The notes beneath the pieces were generated by a model. The model was not told the origin of the DNA. It worked only from the letters and a program-made list of their open reading frames with translations, and made no database searches. This document shows, in pieces, positions 11,404 through 22,800 of a DNA stretch of 37,347 nt (positions within the stretch are counted from its first letter, which is position 1; the number at the start of each line of letters is the position of its first letter). Both the position numbers and the translations under genes were made by a program. The DNA lies in the NCBI RefSeq assembly GCF_902459465.1, contig NC_047065.1:11656001-11693347 (forward strand), in the 5' to 3' direction. The DNA is from Asterias rubens. Lineage: Eukaryota.

Positions 11404-14400
11404 ATGGAGACTTCCGTGGAGATACAAGGCACTCAGCCTAGTAAGTTAATCGAGGCTGTTTTGGATCTTGAACGAATTGACCATAATTTGTACAGGTGAG
11501 TAACGATTTAACTAATGTAAAACGTGTTTTTTTTTTTTTTGTTTTTTAATATCACTATCCAAAGATTCAGATACGTACTATGTCATTGTAGTAATTAGTA
11601 GGCCTAGTCCATCGCGGTGAATAGTTTTATAACGGAGGAATTCAACCCGCATAATGATATAGAAACACCTTTTAAACCATGGTGCTATCTTTGGAATGGT
11701 TCTGCAGCACCAACTAGTACCAGTACATAAATAATGAATGTTTATGATTGCAATGGTCACTGGTGCGAATAATTATGTTCATGATGAGTTGAAAGATGGA
11801 ATGTTCTATTTTTAATGAGGCGGAGCCGAGTTGAATGGATCATTCCATTTTCAATCAACTCATGAACACATTTGCACTAAATTGCACGAATGAAAAACAT
11901 CATAAGGGATGGGGGGGCCTATTTGTTTTATATACATACAACACCAAGCCTTGTAAGAAAATACTGGCATCACCACCAGACCACTAGGTATGGACCATGC
12001 ATTGTGGTAGGCTAGCCCAGGGGCCTTTTCTCAAACCACGGCTTGGGCTCCGGCTCAGGCCTAGGCTCTGCGCGCTGTGTACGCAGCTTGGCCTTTAACC
12101 TGCATTTTCAGCGCGTATTGCTGACTGTACCAGCACGCGGAGCCTGAGCCGGAGCCTAAGCCGAGGTTTGAGGAAAGCCCCTGGTTGGACTCCTCCTTTG
12201 CAGTGGCACTGACTGACGTCCTACCAGGGGTAGGGGGTAGTAGGCCAACCAATGCCCTAACTAAGGCAAAGCCAACAAGAATGACTTTCCAGTTTTTCCA
12301 TGGCAACATTTTGTTTTGAAACAGCATACACTACTGGTTGAAATGGCTTATCATTCGTTTCCCCATCATACTCTACCAGTAGGAAAAGCAAAACTGTCCG
12401 TGGGTATTAATTTTTTATATTACATTTTTGCCTGATTATTTTCCCTGTAAACTGAACCAGAGCCAACGATCACTGGAAGGAATTCAGGTCTAAACGGCTG
12501 TATGGAGGCCAGGTTGTGAGTCAAGCAATGGTAGCTGCCAGCAAGACCGTCCAGCCACAGTTCCACATACACTCACTCCATTGTTACTTCACACGCAAAG
12601 GTCAGTTGACAACCCAGGGGTAATCGGCCTCCCTGCGCCATTTTTTTGCCAGCTTGTCTTGCTCAATTATAGCCGGCCCTGGATTTTGTTCAAAAATATT
12701 AAAATGTGCTAGAATCTAGCACGCCTGTAATCAATGGTTTCTACGCATGCACGCATGTCTTTCATCTTGAAGAATGTTTTTATTTTATTTTTTTATCTAA
12801 TGCATTCAACCAATTCCATGAGCTACAAATGTAATCAGCAATTATTCTCAGTTAATGCCTTCCAGGGGTTAGTGACGAGAGGTACCGCGATATGGTAGCG
12901 AGGCTGGTCAGTTGAGTATCAATGCATGCCTACAACAATACTCACTTTGTCCAGCCGTCGATTTCACCAAATTCTTCCTATCTTAGGATTAATCTTCAGG
13001 ACGGGTTCAGTTCCATATCAAAATACGTAGATGACGCATTGAACCCATCCTAAGTAAGGACGGGTAATACTCCAAACGTTTTCGTTACATCGGCTGCAGG
13101 GGTCCATTTCGCAAAGACAGTCCATGTAACTTAGGCCTATAGGACTAGCCGTAGGAGTTTTAAAAACTTGGTCTTGGAACCAAGACTAGGTAAGACACTG
13201 CTCTAGAATTGCAAGGGTCGTGGGTTCGAATCCCACCCGAGTAACATGCCTGTGATATTTGTTCACAGGACTCGGGAAAGTCCTGTGTATACAGTGCTAA
13301 CACACATCGGTGTATGGGTAAAAACCAAAATTAATATTCTTTATCCCCAATGCAAATTTAACATCTCTTATTATCGTTGCGGTACCCGCTGCCAAAACAT
13401 AGGATTCAAACTGCCTCTAGCTGCCGGGCAACCTCGGTAGTCTAGTTGGTAAGACACTGCTCTAGAATTGCAAGGGTCGTGGGTTCGAATCCCACCCGAG
13501 TAACATGCCTGTGATGTTTTTTCACAGGCCTCGGGAAAGTACTGAGTATACAGTGCTAACACACTGTATGGGTAAAAAACAAAATTTAATATAAGAAGCA
13601 CTTAGTTATAATATGTAACAAAAAATAGGGAACTTAAAAGTGAAATTGTAACTGATCACTAATATCAGAAACAAAATTAATGTAAAAAAAAATTGAAATA
13701 ATTGAGCTAACATTTGTTGTGTAAGTACTTGAACTCCACACGGCGTTTCTGGTTTGATTGGCAGCATATTGCACCACAGCACCTTGAAAACCTCATATCT
13801 CCACCTTTTTCTACATACCTTGCTGCAAAGTCCTTGATGTTGAAGTGCATTGTGCGTCACTGAGTGATGGCTATTATTATGAGCTATATAAGAAGCCACT
13901 ATTAATATTATTGATGTTATGACTATTATCGTTCCCCGTATGCAGGTAACACTGATATTCCTGTGTTGTACCAAGTCGAGAATCTACGAGACGGGAAGAG
14001 TTACGCCACTCGATTGGTACACGCCATACAAGAAGGGAAGACCATCCTCATCATGGTCTTATCGTTTCATGTCAGGGAAGAGTCCCCGTTTCATCACCAG
14101 ATTAAAATGCCCAAGGTACCATTCCCTGAAGAACTTCCAACTTTGAATGAGCTGATGAACCAGAACCATTTCAGGTACAGTCAACTCAATGCGCAGTATT
14201 TTTGACTGCTCTCAAACATATAGTGTATTACTGTATCATACCCAAAACAGTTTCTTAAAGCCATTATACACTTTCGGTAAACAGTATTGTCCAAGTTCCA
14301 TACTTCGTGTATCACAACTTATATATAAAATAATAAACCTGTTAAGTTTTAGGCTCAATCGGCCATCAGAGACGGGAGAAAATAACGGGAAAACCCACTC

Positions 14401-17400
14401 TTTTTTCCGCACGTTTCGCCGTGTTATGACATGTGTTTAAAATAAATCCGTAATTCTCGCTATCGAGAATTGATATTGTTTTAATGTTTTTTTCAAAAAG
14501 TAAAGCATTTCATGGAATATTATTTCAAGAGAAGACTTTCACCACTACCTTCTATAAACCCTGTAAGTTATTTGTAAATCTGTGAACTTTTTTTCTTCTT
14601 TTCGGTACCGAAAGTGTATAATGGCTTTAAAGCCACTGGACAGATTCGGTAATTACCGTTAAAATAAAAACTTACTTGTTTTCAAACAATGGAGAGTTGT
14701 TGATAGTACGGCTCCCTCTGAAGTGACCATAGTTTTCAAGAAGGAAGTAATTTTTCACGAATTTGATTTCGAGACCTCAGAATTAGATTTTGAGGTCTTG
14801 AAATCAAGCATCTGAAAGCACACAACTTCGTGTGACTAGGGTTTTTTTTCTTTCATTATTATCTCGCAACTTCGACACCAAAATGAGCTCAAACTTTCAC
14901 AGGTTTGTTATTTTATGCATATGTTGAGATACACCAAGTGAGAAGACTGGTCTTTGACATTTACCAATAGTGTCCAGTGTCTTTAAGACTAGAACTTATT
15001 ACCACTCACCATGAACAATAAGACCCTTAATGGAGCCATTACAATCCACCTCTTAAAGGGCAATGGACACTATTGGTAATTACTCAAAATAATTAATAGC
15101 ATAAAACCTTTCTTGGTAATGAGTAATGGGGAGAGGTTGATGGTATAAAACATTGTGAGAATCGGCTCCCTCTGAAGTGCCGCAGTTTTCGAGAAAGAAG
15201 TAATTTTCCAAATTTCCACGAATTTGATTTCGATACCTCAGATTTAGAACTTGATGTCTCGAAATCAACCATCTAAACGCACACAACTTCGTGTGACAAG
15301 AGTGTTTTTTTCTTTTATTATTATGGCGCAAGTCCGATGACCGATTTCAAGCTCAAATTTTCACTGGTTTGTTATTTTATGCATATATGTTGAGATACAC
15401 CAACTGTGAAGGCTAGTCTTTGACAATTACCAATAATGTCCAGTGCCTTTAAGCAACTTATATAACAGTGAAACAAAAGTGAAAGAAAGGCAATTTTATA
15501 CACCGATAAAATACTTACTTTCTAACTTAGGAACAAAATAGTATGGCTGAATATTACTATCATCTGTCCATGAACAAACCATATATTTTGATTGGTAAGG
15601 TATTGCCTGAGATTTTTATTTTTTTCAATTTTTTTTTTTTTACTTTTTTACAGTCGTGCTTCTGAAAAATGGAAAGCCAAAATTCAGGAGGTGGAAGGCT
15701 CAGGCCAGTTGTTAGAGTACAGACACATCGATGTAGCAAACATCTTGGGGAACAAATCGGCGAAGGCGCACCGGTTCATTTGGGCACGCGTGCTAGGTCA
15801 TTTAGGTAAGTCACTGTTTATTAAAGAAGACCAAGCAAGTCAGCGGCCACTTTCTTGGATGAGCCTTTTTCACACTGCTCTATTCCCCAGGGGGTAACCC
15901 CAAGTAATACTGGCAAGCCCTTTCACACTTTTCCTCTACCCCTGATCCATCCTGGAAAATAAGCATACCCCAAGCAACTGCCAGACGAGTTAGATTGTTG
16001 ACCGTGTACTTTCATGGAGGGAAATTTCTTTCTCCATGGTACTAAATGTACATGTATGCATTCACCAAGATTTTATCAATACGTAGGCCAGCGTAGTGCA
16101 TTTTCATGTATCAATCAAACCCCAGAAGATGTATTGATTGGTCAGGCAGTAGGAGGGTTGAGTGTGTACTTTGTAGATAAATTCACAGTATGAGATCATG
16201 CATCTATTTTCTTCTTGTTTTGTAATCACAGATGATGGCATTTAGGGGTCAGGTTATGTTAATGAGCATGGCTATCAATTCTGGTGACAAACTATTTATT
16301 TGTTTAAATGTGTTTTTGAGTTCTCCATTTTTACTGAATATGTGTTCTGGGGTTCTCCACCATTTATTGAAATGTGTTTTGGGGTTCGCCATGATTTATT
16401 GAAATGTGTTTTTGAGTTCTCCATGATTTATTGAAATGTGTTTTTGAGTTCTTCATGATCTATTGAAATGTGTTTTTGAGTTCTCCATGATATATTGAAA
16501 TGTGTTTTTGAGTTCTCCACCATTTATTGAAATGGGGTTCTCCATGATTTATTGAAATGTGTTTTTGAGTTCTCCATGATTTATTGAAACGTGTTTTTGA
16601 GCTCTCCATGATATATTGAAATGTGTTTTGGGCTTCTTTTTGATTTGTTGAAATGTGTTTTTGAGTTCTAAACTTGAGGTCTCGAAATCACATTCGTAGA
16701 AAATTACTTCTTTCTCGAAAACTACGTCACTTCAGAGGGAGCCGCTTCTCACAATGTTTCATACCATCAACCTCTTTAACACTTTTCATTACAGATGACT
16801 CTCATGAGAACATCCATCGCTGTTCCGCTGCTTTTATCTCTGATTCCTTCATTGCCTGGACGGCCTATATGCCTCACAAAAACATTCGACTTGGTCAGAT
16901 TGCTTCGTTGGATCATAATATTTGGTTCCACGCACCGTTCAAAGCAGATGAGTGGATGTTGTACGAGCTAGAAAGTCCCAAAACAGGTTAGTCCAGTTGC
17001 TAGCATCATCACAGCGATGTGATTTCTTCGGTTTTGAAGATGCTATGTCAGATTTTTTGCCGATTTGACCCAAAAATTATGATTTCAAATTCAATATGTA
17101 TTTTTATGGGGTTCGAGAAAGTTACAAGCTTTCAATTGAGCCATTGCTCGAAAAAGTCTGCCAATTATTAGTAGTAGTGAAATAAAGTGCTCAAAATTAG
17201 TTATATCACGTGACCAATTCTTATGTGTTTTATAAGAAACAGTTCTGTCATGGTTCCTGACCATTAAAAGTAAAAAATAAAAACTTTTTTGTCGTTAGAG
17301 CGGGTGATACTCTTTAAAATACCATTCACTTAAAATTTTTTATTTTTTAACGTTTGGGGCCAAAAATTTGACACAGCATCTGTAACCAAAAACCTGGGTT

Positions 17401-18792
17401 TGTTTATACCACCCCCAACCAAAACTTATAATATGCGTACGTTTAAAATTCCCAAACAACGGATACCCGGTAAGTCTACTGCCACCATTGCTTCATATCA
17501 TCCAAGAAAAAAATGGGTACCTGAGAGGTTAGAGATTTTTGATGTGAATTATTAGCAACCTGTGCACCAATGACAGTTTGGATGCCAATGATGCACACTT
17601 TAAAGAACTTGAGATGGTATCAGGAATTCTTTGGAGGAAAGCCTGCTACGAGCCAGCCGTCGATTTCACCAATTTCTTCCTAACTTAGGATTAATCTTAG
17701 GACTTAGGTTGGGTTCAGATCCGTATCCAAATACGTAGGACGCATTGAACTCATCCTAAGTTAGGAAGGGTTACTCGTCCTAACTCGAGTTAGGATTGAT
17801 CCTAGCGTTTCGTGACGTCGGCAGCAGGGTTGCTACTAGTGGAATGTCCTTGAAGGGCTTACTCGGCATGAAACACGCCAATCGATATCATTATTATCAC
17901 TCCATTTGTTAACGAAAAACACTTAAGTTGGTGACCTATTCTACTGTATACTTATAGGCAGTGGACACTTTTGGTAATTACTCAAAATAATTATTAGCAT
18001 TAAACCTTTCTTGGTGACGAGTAATGGGGAGAGGTTGACAGTATAAAACATTGTGAGAAACGGCTCCCTCTGAAGTGCCATAGTTTTCGAGAAAGAAGTA
18101 ATTTTCCACGAATTTGATTTCGAGACCTCAAGTTTAGAATTTGAAGTCTCGAAATCAAGCATCAGAAAGCACACAACTTCGTGTGACAGGGGTGTTTTTT
18201 TCTTTCACTATTATCTCACAAGTTTGATGACCGATTGAGCTCAAATTTTCATAGGTTTGTTATTTTATGCATATGTTGAGATATACAAACTGTGAAGGCT
18301 AGTCTTTGACAATTACCAATAGTGTCCACTGCCTTTAAAGGCAGTGTCTTACTCAAAATCTTACTCAATCTTAATTTTCCATGAATTTGATTTCGAGACC
18401 TCAGAATTAGATTTTGAGGTCTTGAAATCAAGCATCTGAAAGCACACAACTTCATGTGACAAGGGTGTTTTTTTTTGTTCATTATTATGTCGCAACTTTG
18501 ACAACCAATTGAGCTCAAATGTGCACAGGTTTGTTATTTTATGTGTATATTGAGATACACCAAGTGAGAAGACTGGTCTTTGACAATTACAAATAGTGTC
18601 CAGTGACTTTAAATTGGTAACCTATTCCACTGTATACTTAAAAAAACATATTTTGCATTGTGTTTTTTTACAGGTGCTGGGCGGGGAATGGCTTTGGGTC
18701 GAATTTGGCGGAGGGATGGTGTCCTAGCAGCGACCATTGCTCAGGAAATCCTTTTAAGACCTCAACTCCAGAAACCAAAGAGTCAACTGTAA
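11404..18792 (+). CDS. ACOT8: Acyl-CoA thioesterase 8 / TesB-family (double hot-dog) thioesterase, 307 aa; exons 11404-11495, 12461-12600, 13946-14174, 15654-15805, 16795-16986, 18674-18792
   Basis: Six GT-AG exons total 924 nt with an open frame. Motifs LDLERID, RLYGGQVVSQA, HSLHCYF, PVLYQVE.LRDGKSY, AFISD, ASLDH.IWFH.PF.ADEWMLYE, GRIW.RDG.LA.T.AQE; C-terminus KSQL*. Confidence 0.92.
11776..11868. repeat. Imperfect palindrome (hairpin-type repeat remnant)
   Basis: tgttcatga..gagttgaaagatggaatg ... cattccattttcaatcaactcatgaaca. Confidence 0.6.
12018..12183. mobile_element. Harbinger-like MITE family B
   Basis: About 45-bp TIRs (ggggccttttctcaaaccacggcttgggctccggctcaggc and its reverse complement), flanked cag...ctg. 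Confidence 0.75.
12952..13188. mobile_element. Two abutting Harbinger-like family A MITEs (12952-13096 complete, 13097-13188 truncated)
   Basis: TIR ccgtcgatttcac / ggggtccatttcgc; internal cctaag-ggacg repeats. Confidence 0.7.
13189..13592 (+). repeat. Tandem 259-bp unit containing a tRNA-like Pol III head (about 1.5 copies)
   Basis: Identical 68-bp blocks at 13189 and 13448; A box TAGTCTAGTTGG, B box GGTTCGAATCC, T-arm gtggg/cccac. Confidence 0.75.
14255..14630. mobile_element. Kolobok MITE K2
   Basis: TTAA TSDs, TIR agccattatacactttcggta. Confidence 0.9.
14627..14986. mobile_element. Kolobok MITE K1 (F), sharing its left TTAA with K2
   Basis: atggctTTAAagccactgg junction. Confidence 0.88.
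15053..15452. mobile_element. Kolobok MITE K1 (F)
   Basis: TTAA TSDs, TIRs, central palindrome. Confidence 0.9.
16306..16668. repeat. 32-bp minisatellite, about 11 units
   Basis: Unit gaaatgtgtttttgagttctccatgatttatt. Confidence 0.92.
16665..16775. mobile_element. Kolobok MITE K1 internal fragment (R)
   Basis: gttctaaacttgaggtctcgaaatc...ccatcaacctct. Confidence 0.8.
17034..17385. mobile_element. Kolobok-type MITE family K5
   Basis: TIR agatgctatgtcagattttt; an inverted homolog lies at 35580-35954. Confidence 0.8.
17654..17824. mobile_element. Harbinger-like MITE family A
   Basis: cag|ccgtcgatttcac ... gtgacgtcgg|cag, an apparent CAG TSD. Confidence 0.8.
17952..18338. mobile_element. Kolobok MITE K1 (F)
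   Basis: ttat/ttaa flanks, TIRs, palindrome. Confidence 0.9.
18335..18612. mobile_element. Kolobok MITE K1 (F), internally deleted, sharing TTAA with the previous copy
   Basis: gccTTTAAaggcagtg junction; ends gtccagtgactttaa. Confidence 0.85.
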
Positions 18793-19149
18793 TCAAGGTT
18801 AATCAAGTAATACTAATAATAATATATATACTTGTAAAACCAAAATGAAATGATATGTATAAAGCGCACTGTATCCTTCTAACAAGTAGGCGACATATGG
18901 CGCGACAAAAAGGATCAACATCAACAGAAGAAACATTTTGGTAAAAATCTGACACAGCATCTTTAATGAGTCTTTATTGAAGTGTTAAGTCTATAGGTTG
19001 GGGTACAACAGCAAAAGCTGCACCCAATCCTTACATTTGCCCTTTTGACTTGTTAATAATGTTGGGTACTGTTTATAACTGTCACTTTTAATATTTATGA
19101 AACACCAATTATGTATTTTTATCAGGTGAAGGCAATACCAAAATAATAT

Positions 19150-19206
19150 TTTATTGAATTGAATTGAATATGAATTGAATTGAATGGAATTGAATTGAAT
19201 TGAATT
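19150..19206. repeat. (TTGAA)n microsatellite
   Basis: Direct reading. Confidence 0.9.
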
Positions 19207-19251
19207 GGAACAAGACATATTAATTAAACTGTGCCATTGTAGGCAATTAAC

Positions 19252-19400
19252 ATGAGGTTTGTTTTAAGAGAAGTTTTGGGGGAGTGGAGGGTTGAAATTT
19301 AGTGAATGTTGTGATGAAGGCTGCTCCATAGATGAGGGGAAGCAGTGCGGAAAGATCTGTCTCTCCAGGGAGCGATAAGATCTTGGTATAGTCAGGAGAT
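19252..19400 (-). mobile_element. Decayed L2/CR1-type LINE ORF2 C-terminal fragment
   Basis: Minus strand, with one frameshift and one stop: LLTIPRSYRS / GDRSFRTASPHLWSSL...KTSLKTNL, resembling the L2 end motif GDRAFS.AAP.LWNSLP...FK..LKT.LF. Confidence 0.5.
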
Positions 19401-19427
19401 GTTGACATGCTAAACAAAGAATAAGGC

Positions 19428-19574
19428 CAGGGGTGGATTCCAAAAAGAGTTGAAAGCCTAGTAGTCTTATCTCGAGTTAGGAAGAGGTACTCGTCCTAAC
19501 TTAGGACTTTAGCCTTAAGTGTTTAACATCTCACTACACTAGGACTAGTCTTAACTTTGTAAAATCGACCCCTG
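19428..19574. mobile_element. Harbinger-like MITE family A
   Basis: cag|gggtggattccaaaaagagtt ... aactttgtaaaatcgaccc|ctg. Confidence 0.75.
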
Positions 19575-19805
19575 GTGTATTGTGTGACGTATTGTGGTCA
19601 TAATTAAGGGGTATCAACGTAGTGTTCATTCGGAGAATTTCCCATTTAAAAGGACAAGGCCATTTCATGTTGAAAGGGACACTTCAAAGTCTCAAAGTCA
19701 ATGGGAAACTTTTGACCAGGGGTAACCATTAAAGGCCATGGCTTCCATGTCGTGCGTATTATTCCAGGCCCGAGTGTTAATGTATGTGACATTTTTAGAA
19801 CAACC

Positions 19806-22800
19806 TCAAGTTACTCTCTTCTCGACCATCACTGCATCCCAGTCGTTAATAAAGAGGACTTCATCCCCGTCCTTTTCCGAGCACTCACCGCTCAGCATGT
19901 ACTCCATCACTTCCTTATACTGGGCATCCGAAGCCGTCTCTTTAAACTTCACAATATGGATAAGGAAATCCACCAAGAGATTCCCGTCTTTTGATGTCTC
20001 ATCAAGACACTTGGTGATTTCCACCCGGGACTTCTGGTGACTCTGGGTGTAGGGGATGTTACGGCGATCTAATGAGCTACGAACATCGGCTGAGCTGATG
20101 AAGTGCATGAGGTGATCCTGGTATCCGGGGAAATGGTTCCATAGCCGCCAGAAACCGCTGTCGTCTGGTGGGGATTAACAAAAGGCAGTCAATGAAAATA
20201 GCACATCCGTAAAAGGGATTTTGTGCCTTTTGAAGATCAATTTCTTTGGCATTGACATGAATCGCAAACCCACTTTGAATAAAAATGTCTGTTATATATT
20301 TTACCTGTATAGATTTTAGCTTCATTAGCCGTCAATTTTTTTTTTAAGGGTGAAAAGTCACAGAACAATGTTTTCAGGAGAGTCGCGTGTTCTAAATAAT
20401 TTTTGTAAAATTGTTTTACTCATTTCTCAAAAACTACAGCACATCAACAGGTTCTGTACTTGAGGGAAAGTTTTCTACATCATTATCTTTAAACCGTTTA
20501 CGTTGATCGCTAACCCGGGGACGTTTGGGATTCGTGTTGTACCAATCCCTTTAAATAGGTGCAACTGTCCGACTTGTTTTGTCCCAGAAGAGACTGGTGT
20601 AATAAAGCAGCTTTCTGTAACGTTCTAGGCAAACTTCATAATCAACAAAATATATATATAAAAAAAATACAAACAATAATTTATTCGTTGCGAATTTATG
20701 AAGTCAAAACGCAGGAAGAATGAACCGGGCTTAAAGGCAGTGAACACTATTGGTAATTGTCAAAGACTAGCCTTCACAGTTGGTGTATCTCAACATATGC
20801 ATAAAATAACAAACCTGTGAAAATTCGAGCTCAATTGGTCATCGAACTTTCGAGATAACAATGAAAGAAAAAACACCCTTGTCACACGAAGTTGTGTGCT
20901 TTCAGATACTTGATTTCGAGACCTCAAGTTCTAAACTTGAGGTCTCGAGATCAAATTCGTGGAAAATTACTTATATCTCAAAAACTATGGCACTTCAGAT
21001 GGTGCCGGTTCTCACAATGTTTTATACCATCAACCTCTCCCCATTACTCGTCACCAAGAAAGGATTTATGGTAATAATTATTTTGAGTAATTACCAATAG
21101 TGTCCACTGCCTTTAAGTTTCAATACCAGAATTGATCGATGTTTTGCTGAAGACCTACCTGAAATGATTGTGCATCTGTTTAGTGTATTTCTCTATCGCG
21201 TTTGTATACGCATGCGTGAATTTTATTAGCATTTTTTGGGCAGTGTACATTTATTGCCTACCTGAAATGGTAATAATAAGTAATTTGCCACCAGGTTCTA
21301 GAAGGTCGTACAGATACATCAAGGAACTGTCTACGTCCTCAGCATAGTACATGGAGTGTACAGCGTTGATGAAATGAAATTTGGCTCCATCCCTGGCAGC
21401 CTCTCTGTATTGATCCAGGGTTTGCTGTCGCCAGTCAAAGTTAACTCCCTGTAGTTCGTGTCCCTTGGATTGAACCAATGCCTTGTACTGGACCATCTGA
21501 TCCACTGCAGGCTCAACTACACGGTTGGTGATGCGAGGGTATTTCTGCAAAAGCATAGATAACATCTTGCTGTCCATCTCACCTTTAATAAGAGAATCAG
21601 ATTGAACGAAAGTAATGTTACTCAGTTCTTCTCAAGTGCATCCTTCATGATTGGAGATCACTGCCAGGCCACACACAGCACGCCCCCCCCCCCCCTTTTT
21701 GTCGGGCAAAAAAAAAAAAAAAAAAGGAGAGAAAATAGGCGGGGAGGAGGGGGCCGACACATACCTGGGTATTTTTATCAAAAAACTATTAATAAACCGT
21801 CGTAGGCCTAACCCTGTCCCACTTTTTTCTTGTGGGCCACCATTATTTCACTCACTGACACTGTCTCATGAGGAATTTAACGTTAGCCTGGGCGTTTGGA
21901 AAGCGTGTCTCCAAATGAACATCAGCGCGAAATACCTGTGCCTAATTTAAGCTCTGTTTATCGCCGTGAATTCGTCGCGATCACCATTCCACTTCTATCG
22001 ACCAGCCCTGATTTCGAGGAGGCGAAAAATCACACGCCTGATCCCTTTTGAAAATGCACGCCCCCTGGCATACATGTCCGGTGTAACATTGTAAATTAAA
22101 TAAATTAACGTCGCAAATACTTTTTTTCTTCTTCAGTAATGCATATTTATGACCCTGTTAACAAATGTTGGGTCTTAAAAATGCAAGTATTTTTATACCA
22201 CAGTTATAAATGTGCAAAACATTGATCGCCACCGACCTATCAGAGTCGGCAGATTGGGGGAAAACTACGGCCCATTAATCGGTCCAATCATAGAGCAAGG
22301 AAAATGGTCCAATCCACTCTTTTTCCGATCTTTTTTACTTCTTAATTAAGGAGAAGTATCACTTCAGACCAGTGTACTAAAAATGATGTAGACCTGTTAC
22401 CAAATAATTATCAACTGAAAACAAAGAAGAACGGCCGTTGATGGGAACACTGATTTGTTTTTTTCATGGGAATTTCTCCATGTTGGTTTTCCCAAAAAAT
22501 TCCCATGGGTAAACCTGATTTTAAATTAATATTTGGAAGTCAGTAGTGCATCTCCGTAGAAAAATTAAGCTCTATTCTCTCTCTGCAGCTGTTAACAATT
22601 CTTTTTTGTTATTATTTTTTAATCATGGCTATAGTTTATTGGGTATCAGTCCCACACGCGCATAAAGCAACAAAAAAAAGTCCCCGCTTGACGTAAGCTC
22701 GGAATTCACTGCTTCCGTAAGCGCCAAGTTCTTTGCTTTCGGTAAGCAGAGCCATGACATTTTGCACTGCACATGCCTGGCGGAATTTGTTCCTAATTAT

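Noticed and set aside
13425-13502. A tRNA gene
   Set aside because: A and B boxes and T-arm are present, but the anticodon stem and 7-bp acceptor stem do not pair and there is no oligo-T terminator directly after; treated as a SINE-like head.
16674-16794. In-frame MITE-derived extension of ACOT8 exon 5 (ORF 16674-16991)
   Set aside because: The canonical acceptor at 16794 gives the homologous protein; the alternative AG at 16736 would frameshift.
11404-18792. Horizontally acquired bacterial tesB
   Set aside because: Five spliceosomal introns, ACOT8-like motifs and a PTS1-like end indicate a native eukaryotic gene.
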